Below are positions 40,304 through 49,359 of a stretch of 64,000 bases of DNA, piece by piece; the first letter of the stretch is position 1, and each line of letters opens with the position of its first letter. Under the pieces are notes generated by a model. It worked only from the letters and a program-made list of their open reading frames with translations. It had not been told where the DNA came from and made no database searches. The position numbers and the translations under genes were made by a program. Source of the stretch: Bryobacterales bacterium (lineage in GTDB: Bacteria; Acidobacteriota; Terriglobia; Bryobacterales; Bryobacteraceae); the NCBI GenBank assembly GCA_963793395.1, contig CAWCAP010000009.1, forward strand, positions 128,179 to 192,178. Reading direction: 5' to 3'.

Positions 40304-41560
40304 TTATCCTCTCGCAGCTTGTCCCTGGACTTCCACGGTGTCCAACGCCGCGGTCCGGGGCTTATGGGGCAACGGCATTTTGATCATTGCCGCCGCCATC
40401 AAAGCCGCGACGAAAGTCATGATAGCGCTGCCATAGAAAACCACGGTCCAGGAGCCGGTTTTCTCGAACAGCATGGGCGCGAGGTATCCGCCGACAATGG
40501 CGGCGACACCCTTGGTGCTATACAAAAATCCGTAGTTTGCGCTGGCATTGCGCGAGCCGAACAGGTCGGCCGTCAACGATGGGAATAACGAGTAAATCTC
40601 GCCCCAACTGAAATAAACAATCGCCAGGCACACGATGAAGGCGGTGTCCGATCCCGGCGCCAGCAGCGGAACGCTCACCAGCGAAGCCGATTGAATCAGG
40701 AAGGCAATGACCATGGTTCGTTCGCGCCCGATATGATCCGAAACCCATCCCCACGAGAGGCGCGACGCTCCGTTTGCGATCGGATTCATGGAGGCCGCAA
40801 AAATGAGCGCGGCCGCGGTGATCTTGAAAGTGTCTGCTAGCTTCGCCAAGTTGGCAGTCACCATCAGCCCGCCAACACCCATGACGAACATCATCAGATA
40901 CATGATGTAAAAGTGCGATGTGCGCAGCATTTGACCGGGCGTAAAATCCTCGCCACGGCTGCGAACTTTTTGCGTGGCCGGAGCGGCGGCAGCTTCGCCG
41001 GGCCGGGGACTGCGCAGAAATTGCGCGGCGCAAACGATCAGAAATCCCTGCGCCAGTCCGGTGTACATAAACGTGGTCTTGAAGCCATCGGACTTCAGTA
41101 AATGTGCGATCAACGGAATGAAAAGCGCTGTTCCAGAGCCGTACGCCGCGGCGGTGATGCCAGCCGCCAGGCCGCGTTTATCGGAAAACCATTTCAGTGC
41201 CACGCCCATCGATCCGCAGTACACCAACGCTGCGCCCACCCCGGTCGCGGCATAGAACGTATAGAGCGCTGGAAGGCTCTCAGCCTGGCTCATAAGGGCC
41301 CAGCCTCCGCCGCACAGTACTCCGCCCAGGGTCATCATGAAGCGCGGGCCGATCTTATCGATAGCCCAGCCCGATGCAGGCATCAACCAGGTTTGGCAAA
41401 CGACGAATATCGAGAAGGCCAAGCCCACGTCGGAGAGCTTCCAGTGCTGGTCGGGATGCCCGGCGATCAGGGGTTTGACGAACAAGGTCCAGGCGTACTG
41501 AAAGTTCGCGATCATGATCATCGCGACCGCCGCCGATGCTAAACGAAACCAACGATTCAC
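40304..41560 (-). CDS. MFS transporter, oxalate/formate antiporter (OFA)-like family
   Basis: 418 aa with about 12 predicted TM helices and an OFA-like N-terminus ([30 protein letters not shown]). Confidence 0.8.
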   Translation of the reverse strand: MNRWFRLASAAVAMIMIANFQYAWTLFVKPLIAGHPDQHWKLSDVGLAFSIFVVCQTWLMPASGWAIDKIGPRFMMTLGGVLCGGGWALMSQAESLPALYTFYAATGVGAALVYCGSMGVALKWFSDKRGLAAGITAAAYGSGTALFIPLIAHLLKSDGFKTTFMYTGLAQGFLIVCAAQFLRSPRPGEAAAAPATQKVRSRGEDFTPGQMLRTSHFYIMYLMMFVMGVGGLMVTANLAKLADTFKITAAALIFAASMNPIANGASRLSWGWVSDHIGRERTMVIAFLIQSASLVSVPLLAPGSDTAFIVCLAIVYFSWGEIYSLFPSLTADLFGSRNASANYGFLYSTKGVAAIVGGYLAPMLFEKTGSWTVVFYGSAIMTFVAALMAAAMIKMPLPHKPRTAALDTVEVQGQAARG

Positions 41561-41570
41561 AACAAACCTC

Positions 41571-42542
41571 CTACCGAGAGGAAATGGCGCCTAACAGCCT
41601 CGTACAAGCATATACCGTCCGCGTGTAGGGCATGGAAACCTCTAGGCGCTCGCCCAATTCAACCACCGCGCCGACTACCGCTTCCAGTTCCATGGGCCGG
41701 CCGGACTCCAGATCCTGGAGCATGGAAGTCTTATGCTCGCCGATTTTTTCCGCGCCCGCGATGCGCTGATCGACTGATATCGGCATTTCGATTCCCATTT
41801 TCGCAGCCACCGCTTCCACTTCGAGCATGATGTTGCGGACCGCGTGGCGTACTTCAGGATCGCCCGCCATCTGTGCCAGCGTCGCGCGCGTCAATGCGCT
41901 GATCGGATTGAAGGCGACGTTGCCCAGGATCTTGACCCAGATCTCAGTGCGGATCTTCTGCGTGACGGGGCAGCGGATGCCGGCCTTGATCAGCGCCTCC
42001 GAGATGGCCTTGCAGCGATCCGAACGCGTGCCGTCGGGCTCGCCGAGCGACAAGCGATTGCCTTCGGTATGGCGGATCACGCCGGGCTCCACAATGTCCG
42101 TGGCGAAATACGCGATAGAGGCGACCACATTCTTCGCCGGGATCGCCGCCGCGATCGCACCGCCGGGATCGACACGTTCTAAATGCAGACCGGTGAGTTC
42201 GCCAGCGTTGGTCTGAAAATACCACCAGGGAACGCCATTCTGTGTGCTGACGACCGTGGTGTTCTCGCCGATCAGAGGCTGCACTTGCGGCGCGAGCAGC
42301 GTCAGGCCGTTGGCTTTCACGCCGAGGAAGATGACATCCATCGGCCCGGCCTCCGCAAGGTCGCCGACGATCCGCGGATGGACCTCAAACTCGCCCTCGT
42401 CGCCGATCACTCGCAGCCCGCGTTCCTGCATCGCGCGCAGATGCGGACCGCGCGCGTACAAAGTGACATCCTGGCCTGCGTGGGCCATACGAGCGCCGAG
42501 ATATCCGCCGATGGCGCCCGCTCCTGCGATCAGAAACTTCAT
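41571..42542 (-). CDS. Ketopantoate reductase (PanE/ApbA) family oxidoreductase; candidate oxalyl-CoA reductase
   Basis: MKFLIAGAGAIGGYLGARMA Rossmann motif and ApbA C-terminal domain. Its ATG overlaps the ligase TAA (TAATG). Confidence 0.8.
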   Translation of the reverse strand: MKFLIAGAGAIGGYLGARMAHAGQDVTLYARGPHLRAMQERGLRVIGDEGEFEVHPRIVGDLAEAGPMDVIFLGVKANGLTLLAPQVQPLIGENTTVVSTQNGVPWWYFQTNAGELTGLHLERVDPGGAIAAAIPAKNVVASIAYFATDIVEPGVIRHTEGNRLSLGEPDGTRSDRCKAISEALIKAGIRCPVTQKIRTEIWVKILGNVAFNPISALTRATLAQMAGDPEVRHAVRNIMLEVEAVAAKMGIEMPISVDQRIAGAEKIGEHKTSMLQDLESGRPMELEAVVGAVVELGERLEVSMPYTRTVYACTRLLGAISSR

Positions 42543-44038
42543 TACGCGCCCGCGAGAGCTTTGCCGACTGCGCCGCGTTGGATCTTCCCGGTAGCGGTGC
42601 GGGGAATGGACTCGACTACAAATAGCTTTTTCGGCATCTTGAAATCCGCCAGCCGCTCTTTGCAGAATGCCAGGATGGCGGCCTCAGTTGCCGGCTCCCG
42701 CAGTACAACCGCGGCGTTGACTTCCTCGCCCCACATCGGATGAGGAACCCCGAACGCCAGCGCTTCGGCGACGGCGGGATGCGCCAGCAGCACTTCATCG
42801 ATCTCGCGCGGCCCGATCTTTTCGCCGCCGCGATTGATAAGTTCTTTCAAGCGGCCGGTGAGTGTCAGATAGCCATCCGCATCGAGGAAGCCCTGATCGC
42901 CGGTGCGGAACCAGCCGTTGGTAAATGACTTTGCCGTGGCCTCGGGATTGTTCTCGTATTCAGACACCACGTTGGGACCCTTGATCGACACTTCGCCGCG
43001 CTCACCCGCAGCCAGTTCATTGCCCGCATCATCCAGGATTCCGATTGTGATTCCTGTACCCGGACCGACCGAGCCCGGTTTGCGCGCGTGCGGCGGCTGC
43101 GGATTGGAGCTCATCTGGTGAGAGGCTTCGGTCATCCCGTATGCTTCCAGTACCGGAGCGCCGAACAATTCCTCCATCTTCGCCATCATCTCCGGCGGCA
43201 GAGCCGCGCTACACGAGCGGATGAAGCGCAGTCCCTCACGCCCGGCCGGCGGCTCTTTGGCGCGCGAGAGCAGCAGATTGTGAATAGTGGGCACGGCGGA
43301 GTACCAAGTTGCGCCGGAATCCGCGACAGTCCGCCAGAATGACAGCGGATTGAATTTGTTCGGCACGGCGACCGTCCCGCCGGAGCGCAGCGTCGAAAGC
43401 GTCGAGGCCACCAGTCCATGAACATGGAACAGCGGCATCACGCAAAGAGAGACGTCCTTCGGCGTGAGGCCGTAGTGCTCGACAATATTCGCGGTCGACG
43501 CCGTGATGTTGCGGTGCCGGATGGGTACGCGCTTAGGGCGGCCCGTGCTTCCGCTGGTGTGTAGCACCAGCGCAACGTCGTCGGGGCTAGGCGCAGCGGC
43601 TTTCTTTCCACTCGGCGCATTGACGATCCGAACCACGCCGGTCGCATCCATTTCGAGCGTATACACCGGAATGCCGAGTCCCGCGGCGGCCTTGCGCGCG
43701 GCGTCGGCGCCCTCGGCCATTGCCAGCAGAACTTTTGCCCCGGTGTCCTCCAGATAAAACGCGAACTCCTCTTCGCGATAGCCCGGATTCAGTGGCGCGG
43801 CCGTGCCCGCGATCGAACCGGCGAGGAAGCTGACGATGGCCGGCAGCCCATTTGGCAGCACTGTAGCCACGCGATCGCCGCGGCCGATTCCCATGGACGC
43901 CAGCGCGTCCGCCATGGCCGTGACCTGCTTGACCAGCGACTCGTAGGTGACGCGCGTTCCGGAATCTGTGAGCAGCAACGCGGTGTTCCCGGCTGGTGCG
44001 ACTTGGATCAGTTCGAGAAGAGTGTGCGGTTGAGACAT
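42542..44038 (-). CDS. AMP-dependent acyl-CoA synthetase; candidate oxalate--CoA ligase (AAE3/Pcs60-like)
   Basis: AMP-binding motif LHTSGSTGRPKRV. PLFHVHGL, WYSAVPTIH, LRFIRSCSAALPP, FGAPVLEAYGMTEASHQMSSNP, GWFRTGD, ELINRGGEKI, PRTATGKIQR. These blocks match my recollection of plant AAE3. Confidence 0.8.
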   Translation of the reverse strand: MSQPHTLLELIQVAPAGNTALLLTDSGTRVTYESLVKQVTAMADALASMGIGRGDRVATVLPNGLPAIVSFLAGSIAGTAAPLNPGYREEEFAFYLEDTGAKVLLAMAEGADAARKAAAGLGIPVYTLEMDATGVVRIVNAPSGKKAAAPSPDDVALVLHTSGSTGRPKRVPIRHRNITASTANIVEHYGLTPKDVSLCVMPLFHVHGLVASTLSTLRSGGTVAVPNKFNPLSFWRTVADSGATWYSAVPTIHNLLLSRAKEPPAGREGLRFIRSCSAALPPEMMAKMEELFGAPVLEAYGMTEASHQMSSNPQPPHARKPGSVGPGTGITIGILDDAGNELAAGERGEVSIKGPNVVSEYENNPEATAKSFTNGWFRTGDQGFLDADGYLTLTGRLKELINRGGEKIGPREIDEVLLAHPAVAEALAFGVPHPMWGEEVNAAVVLREPATEAAILAFCKERLADFKMPKKLFVVESIPRTATGKIQRGAVGKALAGA

Positions 44039-44084
44039 AAATACAATCTTAAGCCAGAAGTGCGGTAGCCGCGACGCTTCGCGA

Positions 44085-44399
44085 CTATCGCGACTGTTGT
44101 CTGGTTCTCGTTTGCGCGGCGTTCCGTGTGGGGAGCCGATAAATGGCTTTCCCGGACTGCTCGCGCGCTAGGTCAAGCTCGTACGCCGTCTGCAGATTCA
44201 TCCAAAAATCTGCGGACATACCGAAGTACCGGCCAAGCCGCAGGGCCGTGTCCGCGGTGATGCTCCGCTTGCCCGCCAAGAGCTGATAGAGGCGGTTGGG
44301 CGGAACTTCGATAACATCGGCGAGCTTCTTGGCGGTGAGGCCAATTTCTTCCAGCTCATCTTCCAGAATTTCGCCGGGATGGATAGGTGTGCGGGCCAT
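44085..44399 (-). CDS. higA: HigA-family antitoxin (XRE HTH)
   Basis: PIHPGEILEDELEEIGLTAKKLADVIEVPPNRLYQLLAGKRSITADTALRLGRYFGMSADFWMNLQ. Confidence 0.85.
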   Translation of the reverse strand: MARTPIHPGEILEDELEEIGLTAKKLADVIEVPPNRLYQLLAGKRSITADTALRLGRYFGMSADFWMNLQTAYELDLAREQSGKAIYRLPTRNAAQTRTRQQSR

Positions 44400-44417
44400 A
44401 ATATTTCTCTTTCGTTC

Positions 44418-44702
44418 CTAGTGATAGTCCACGATCTCCACATTCGACGGTCCGCGCGCGTCCTTCGGCCACCGAAAGCAGATGCGCCACTGTTCGTTGA
44501 TTCGAATCGAATACTGACCCTTGCGGGTTCCCTTCAAGGCTTCCAAGCGATTCGAGTTGAGCGTGGCGAGATCTCCCAACGAAGTTGCCGCATCCAGAAT
44601 CCGCAGGCGCTTCTCTGCTTGACGCCGGAACGGCTCCCATTTGCGAACGCGTTCGCCGTCCGCCAGTGCTGCTGTTTCCTGGTCGCGGTAACTCTGAATC
44701 AT
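44418..44702 (-). CDS. higB: HigB-like toxin (RelE/ParE superfamily, plasmid maintenance system killer)
   Basis: 94 aa. NRLEALKGTRKGQYSIRINEQWRICFRW...VEIVDYH. It lies directly upstream of higA. Confidence 0.8.
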   Translation of the reverse strand: MIQSYRDQETAALADGERVRKWEPFRRQAEKRLRILDAATSLGDLATLNSNRLEALKGTRKGQYSIRINEQWRICFRWPKDARGPSNVEIVDYH

Positions 44703-44744
44703 TCAGTCATGGCTACAGTATATACGAGTGACGTCAAGCGTACA

Positions 44745-45545
44745 TTACTGCACTTGGCCCAGCGGCCGAATCCAGATGTTGCGAAAACGCACCGGGTCGT
44801 GGTGATCCTGCAGCATCAGCGGACCCTTCGGTTCATGCACCACCAGCTTGGGTACTGCGCGATGCTCCGTCGCTCCTAAAATCTGCGTGTGATTCTGCAC
44901 CAGCACACCATTATGGAACGTAGTGACGAATCCAGGAACGTCGATCTTGCCGTCTTTGAACCGCGGCGCGGTGTAAACGATATCGTACGTCTGCCACTCA
45001 CCCGGCGGACGGCACGCGTTCACCAGCGGCGGCGATTGCCCGTAGACTGCTCCCGCTTGGCCGTCGGCATAGGTGAGATTGTGATAGCAGTCGAGCACCT
45101 GCGTTTCATAGAGGCCCATCAAAAAAATACCGCTATTGCCGCGGCCCTGGCTGTCGCCCTTCGGCGGCGAGGGAGCCATCCACTCGATGTGAAGCTGGCT
45201 ATCGCCGAATTCCGCCCGCGTCATGATGACGCCGGCTCCAGGCACCACTTCCAGGTACCCGTTTTCCACTTTCCATTTCGCGGGCTCGCCCTTGGCGGTG
45301 CGCCAGGCGTCGAGGTTCTTGCCGTCGAAGAGCACAATCGCATCCGACGGTGGCTTGCCCGGCGACTCCGGCGGCGTGATCACGGGCGGCCGCGGACGCG
45401 TATCGTCATGCACCCGCCATTTGCTTCCGGGGATCAACGGCGTATCTGTATATCCGGTGGGCGCCTTGGCCGGCGGCGCGGGGGCCGTCTGCGCCCCAAG
45501 CCCGACTGCCATTGCCACGGTGACGATTACAAGCTGGAACTTCAT
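44745..45545 (-). CDS. Secreted DUF1080 (3-keto-disaccharide hydrolase-like) domain protein
   Basis: ATG at 45545 with signal peptide MKFQLVIVTVAMAVGLGAQ. LFDGKNLDAW...W.VENGYLEV...NSGIFL...LQDHHDPVRFRNIWIRPL. Confidence 0.8.
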   Translation of the reverse strand: MKFQLVIVTVAMAVGLGAQTAPAPPAKAPTGYTDTPLIPGSKWRVHDDTRPRPPVITPPESPGKPPSDAIVLFDGKNLDAWRTAKGEPAKWKVENGYLEVVPGAGVIMTRAEFGDSQLHIEWMAPSPPKGDSQGRGNSGIFLMGLYETQVLDCYHNLTYADGQAGAVYGQSPPLVNACRPPGEWQTYDIVYTAPRFKDGKIDVPGFVTTFHNGVLVQNHTQILGATEHRAVPKLVVHEPKGPLMLQDHHDPVRFRNIWIRPLGQVQ

Positions 45546-45630
45546 GGTCCCTCCCCTATACATCAGATCATTGTAGTCCGACGGAACTTCCGCGGCCCTG
45601 TACCCGTATGCACCAAAGAGGGGGGAGAAA

Positions 45631-45987
45631 ATGTATTGCACAAATTGCGGAACGCAGATCGGGGATAGCGACAAGTTCTGCCGCGAGTGCGCCTGTGAAA
45701 CCAAGGCCGGCCGCGAAGCCCGCCGGGAGAGCGCTTCCGGATCCAGCGCCCCGCGTCGGCTCTATCGGGTGACGTCTGAGAAGAGAATCGCCGGCGTGTG
45801 CGCGGGTCTGGCGCGCTACTTCGAAGTCGATGTCACGCTAGTACGGTTGCTGGTAGTTGCCGGCACGCTTTGCAGCGGCGGGCTGGGTCTGCTTGCCTAC
45901 GTTGCAGCTTGGATCGTCATGCCTCGTGAAAACGAAGTTGGGCCATTTCGCTCGACCGCCGGCGCCTCAACCCAGACGGCCGCTTAG
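45631..45987 (+). CDS. PspC domain protein with N-terminal zinc-ribbon
   Basis: MYCTNCGTQIGDSDKFCRECA, then RLYRVTSEKRIAGVCAGLARYFEVDVTLVRLLVV...AWIVMP. Confidence 0.75.
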   Translation: MYCTNCGTQIGDSDKFCRECACETKAGREARRESASGSSAPRRLYRVTSEKRIAGVCAGLARYFEVDVTLVRLLVVAGTLCSGGLGLLAYVAAWIVMPRENEVGPFRSTAGASTQTAA

Positions 45988-45989
45988 AT

Positions 45990-46865
45990 TTAAAGTCCCG
46001 CTGCGCGTGCGGCCGATTGGGTCACGCTGGACCAATCCTTTTCGCCTTGCCCGTGCGCCAGGGCCGCGATAAATTGGTCGCGCACCACGCTCGCGAGCGG
46101 CATGGGCGCGTTGCATTCTTCCGACGCCGCCAGCATCAGGCGAACGTCCTTAAGGCCCAAACGCAGCGCGAATCCTGCCGGCTCGAATGTCTCTTCCACG
46201 ATGGCGCGCCCATAGTTGGTGATGACCGGAGAACCAAACAGCGCGGTCATGACGTCCAGAAACATATGCGGCTGCACCTCCGCCTTGCGCAACGTAGCCG
46301 AGGCCTCACCGAACGCTTCAATCGCGCTGACGATCATGAAATTACCGCACAGCTTGGCGATGTTGGCCTGCCACGGCTCGGCGCCGACCACGAACGTCTG
46401 ACGGCCGATGGCGTCCAGCAGCGGACGGCAGCGTTCAAGCACATCGCCGGATCCAGCCGCCAGCACCAGAAGCCTCTTCGCTTCCGCCGCCTCCGGGCGC
46501 CCGAACACCGGCGCGCTTAGGAAACCCTGCTTCCGCTGCGCATGCTCGGCACTCAAGTGGCGGGCCAGGGCCGTGCTGATTGTGCTGTGCGAAATATGAA
46601 CGCATTTTTCGGGCATCGCCGCAGCTAAGCCATCTTTTCCGAAGACGACTTCTTCCAGCGCGCGATCGTCGGAGACCATCGTCATCACAGAATCCACGCC
46701 GCGGCAAGCGTCTGCAGGGGAACTGGCTAATCGTGCGCCCTCGCCGGCCAGTGCCTGTGCCTTTTCGAGGCTGCGATTATAGACCGCCAGGTTGTGTCCG
46801 GCGCGCAGCAGGTTACGCGCGATGCCCGCGCCCATTCTTCCGAGTCCGATGAAAGCCAAGTTCAT
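45990..46865 (-). CDS. NAD(P)-dependent oxidoreductase, 3-hydroxyisobutyrate/tartronate-semialdehyde reductase family
   Basis: MNLAFIGLGRMGAGIARNLLRAGHNLAVYNRS and a 6PGDH-like C-terminal domain. Confidence 0.85.
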   Translation of the reverse strand: MNLAFIGLGRMGAGIARNLLRAGHNLAVYNRSLEKAQALAGEGARLASSPADACRGVDSVMTMVSDDRALEEVVFGKDGLAAAMPEKCVHISHSTISTALARHLSAEHAQRKQGFLSAPVFGRPEAAEAKRLLVLAAGSGDVLERCRPLLDAIGRQTFVVGAEPWQANIAKLCGNFMIVSAIEAFGEASATLRKAEVQPHMFLDVMTALFGSPVITNYGRAIVEETFEPAGFALRLGLKDVRLMLAASEECNAPMPLASVVRDQFIAALAHGQGEKDWSSVTQSAARAAGL

Positions 46866-47112
46866 ATTGCCCAGCATATCCAACCCGGCCTTGGCCCGGA
46901 TGGACTCACGTTCGGCAAAGCTCTCATTTGGGGCGAGTAATTTTTACGACCATCGGTAGTCAAATGGCGGCATTTGGTCAGCACTCAAGGGATCGGACGC
47001 AACCCCCGCACCGCGCAACTCCTTGAAAACTGGAGGCTGGCGCCAAAAGTTCCGCGACGCCTGTGGATTGGAAGCTGTTGTGCTCTAGGTAGGTGGAAGA
47101 GGAGAACCACCC

Positions 47113-47808
47113 ATGCGTAAAACATTAGTAACGATATTGGCGATTGCCGGCACCATGAGCACCGCCGCCTTCGCGGAAGACCGGGAAGCCAAGACTGCAG
47201 ACCGGCTGGATGCGTCGGTCGACACGATTGTCGATATGACCCACGCCGCTGACAAAGGTATCCCGCAGGATTTGATGGACCACGCGCATTGCGTGATCGT
47301 GATCCCCGGCATGAAGAAGGCCGGCTTTATTTTTGGCGCAAAGTACGGCCGCGGTTTCGCGTCCTGCCGCCGTCCGAGTAACCGTGGCTGGAGCGCTCCG
47401 GCTGCGATGCGCGTCGAAGGCGGAAGTGTCGGATTTCAGATTGGCGCTTCGGAAACAGACGTGGTTTTATTGGTCATGAATGATCGCGGAATGAAGCATC
47501 TTTTGTCGGATAAGTTCACGCTGGGCGGAGACGCAACTGCCGCGGCGGGTCCGGTTGGCCGCAACGCCACTGCTCAGACGGATGCGATGATGCATGCCGA
47601 AATGCTTTCCTACTCCCGTGCGCGTGGCCTGTTCGCAGGCATCTCGCTGGAAGGCGCCACGCTTCGTCCGGATGGAGATGCCAATCGCGAATTATACGGC
47701 CGCGACACCACGAATCGTGAAATATTGACCGGCGACTTCAAGACTCCGCCGGAAGCTGAGAAATTCCGTCACGCGCTAGGCGGCGAGTCGCCGCACCGCG
47801 AGAAGTAG
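47113..47808 (+). CDS. Secreted SYLF (Ysc84/DUF500) lipid-binding domain protein
   Basis: Signal peptide. CVIVIPGMKKAGFIFGAKYGRG, GGSVGFQIGASETDVVLLVMN, FTLGGDATAAAGPVGR, YSRARGLFAGISLEGA. Confidence 0.8.
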   Translation: MRKTLVTILAIAGTMSTAAFAEDREAKTADRLDASVDTIVDMTHAADKGIPQDLMDHAHCVIVIPGMKKAGFIFGAKYGRGFASCRRPSNRGWSAPAAMRVEGGSVGFQIGASETDVVLLVMNDRGMKHLLSDKFTLGGDATAAAGPVGRNATAQTDAMMHAEMLSYSRARGLFAGISLEGATLRPDGDANRELYGRDTTNREILTGDFKTPPEAEKFRHALGGESPHREK

Positions 47809-47829
47809 TCGCCGCTTTCATAGCTGCCA

Positions 47830-47854
47830 GGGGACCGTGCGTCAGCCGGTCCCC
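47830..47854 (+). terminator. 8-bp GC hairpin downstream of the SYLF gene (possible terminator, no U-tract)
   Basis: GGGGACCG-tgcgtcagc-CGGTCCCC, 22 nt after the stop at 47808. Confidence 0.3.
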
Positions 47855-47889
47855 GAACGCCCGTCTTGCTGCTACGAAGAGATACAGCC

Positions 47890-48087
47890 ATGCACGAAAA
47901 CCATCAAAGAGCTGCCGAACTACACGAACTCGCCGCTCACGCGCACCGCACCGCCGCTGAACATAACGAAAAGGGCGACAATGAGACGGGGAACTGGCAC
48001 ACGCAACGCGCCCTTGAGTATTCAGACCGCGCCTATCAGCTTGCCAAGGAAGCCCACGCCAAGTCCGGCCAGATCGTTACGCTCTAA
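47890..48087 (+). CDS. Small His-rich helical protein (paralogue 1)
   Basis: MHENHQRAAELHELAAHAHRTAAEHNEKGDNETGNWHTQRALEYSDRAYQLAKEAH... It shares an N-terminal module with the next gene. Confidence 0.5.
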   Translation: MHENHQRAAELHELAAHAHRTAAEHNEKGDNETGNWHTQRALEYSDRAYQLAKEAHAKSGQIVTL

Positions 48088-48091
48088 ACTT

Positions 48092-48430
48092 ATGTCAACC
48101 CGATACAACGACGGATCCCATTACGAGAATCACCAGCGGGCCGCGGAACTGCACGACCTGGCCGCACACGCCCATCGCTCCGGTGAACAGCAAGGGAAAG
48201 CGGAATATGATACCGGACACGAGCATTCCCGCCAAGCCCTTGAACATTCTGAACGGGCGCACCAAATGACGCAGTCGACAGTTGGACACGGAGTCTCGAC
48301 CTTTGGACACGATGAAATCGCCGCGCTGGCCCATTCGCTGTGGGAAGCCCGGGGTTGCCCCGAAGGATCGCCCGATGAAGATTGGCTCCGTGCCGCCGAA
48401 CAATTGCGCAGGGCATCGGTCAGACGATAG
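48092..48430 (+). CDS. Small His-rich helical protein (paralogue 2) with DUF2934-like C-terminus
   Basis: MSTRYNDGSHYENHQRAAELHDLAAHAHRSGEQQGKAEYDTGHEHSRQALEHSERAHQM... followed by IAALAHSLWEARGCPEGSPDEDWLRAAEQL (DUF2934-type). Confidence 0.55.
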   Translation: MSTRYNDGSHYENHQRAAELHDLAAHAHRSGEQQGKAEYDTGHEHSRQALEHSERAHQMTQSTVGHGVSTFGHDEIAALAHSLWEARGCPEGSPDEDWLRAAEQLRRASVRR

Positions 48431-48453
48431 GCGCGCCGCCTCGCCATCTGCTT

Positions 48454-49251
48454 TCAATTCAGGTCGCGCGAGATCATAAACTTCAGCGTCACTTTGTCGG
48501 ACGCGCTGGTCAGGCCGAATCCGATTCCCGTCTCGATATTGATCACTTTGCCGAAGTGATTCGCCACCGCCCATATCTGGTGGAATTGTCCTCTCCCTGG
48601 GTAGAGGTCGCGAAACTGCCCGTAGTCCGCATACTCCTCAACCGCTCCCTTCCACTTCGGCGAGAATTTGTAAGCCACCCGCACCGCCGGCGCGAAATCG
48701 AGACTCTTGAACCCGCCGGTATAGGACGTGTCCATGATCGGATTGATGATGATGTCGATGGGCTTCAAGTGCCATCCCACGATTGGCCGGACTTCGGATG
48801 AAAAATGCCGGGGGTCCCACTGCGGTTGGTTCACACTGAATTCGAAATTGACGCCGTAAAAAAATCTCTGCTCGTCGGCGTGCGGCTTGACGAACAGCCA
48901 GCGCAGCTTGAAACCGTTGTAGGTCGCTCCATCGTTGTGCGAGAAGCTATACAGCGGCAGATACAGGCCCTGCTCGAACCAATCCGTTACGCCATATGCC
49001 CATTCGGCGACGCCCACCAGTGCGTGGTTCGATTCCACGCCGCCCGGAAAAGCCGGTTCCTTCAATCCGTCGGGAGTGAAGTTATTGTGGATCATCAGAT
49101 TGAATTTGCCGCGATCGGCAATCGCGGCGTCATAAACCTGAATTTCGTCGGTTTGCGCCACGGCCGCAATCGGTGCCGCGGCCAGCGCTAGCGCTATGCA
49201 CCACGCGCGCATATCGATCGCGAGCCGGAAAGATTTCAGGCTTGAGTTCAT
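48454..49251 (-). CDS. Outer-membrane beta-barrel protein (MetA-pathway/transporter-like)
   Basis: Signal peptide (an alternative ATG at 49212 gives MRAWCIALALAAAPIAAVAQ). It shows alternating aromatic/hydrophobic beta-strand periodicity. Confidence 0.55.
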   Translation of the reverse strand: MNSSLKSFRLAIDMRAWCIALALAAAPIAAVAQTDEIQVYDAAIADRGKFNLMIHNNFTPDGLKEPAFPGGVESNHALVGVAEWAYGVTDWFEQGLYLPLYSFSHNDGATYNGFKLRWLFVKPHADEQRFFYGVNFEFSVNQPQWDPRHFSSEVRPIVGWHLKPIDIIINPIMDTSYTGGFKSLDFAPAVRVAYKFSPKWKGAVEEYADYGQFRDLYPGRGQFHQIWAVANHFGKVINIETGIGFGLTSASDKVTLKFMISRDLN

Positions 49252-49359
49252 TCAGATTTTCTGGACTCCAAGCCAGTATACGTTAGGCCGCCGCCCGCTC
49301 CGATACTGCCGCGCGGGAGTATACTGGCTGAAAAGCGCAGCCGCGCAGGGAGGCTTCCA

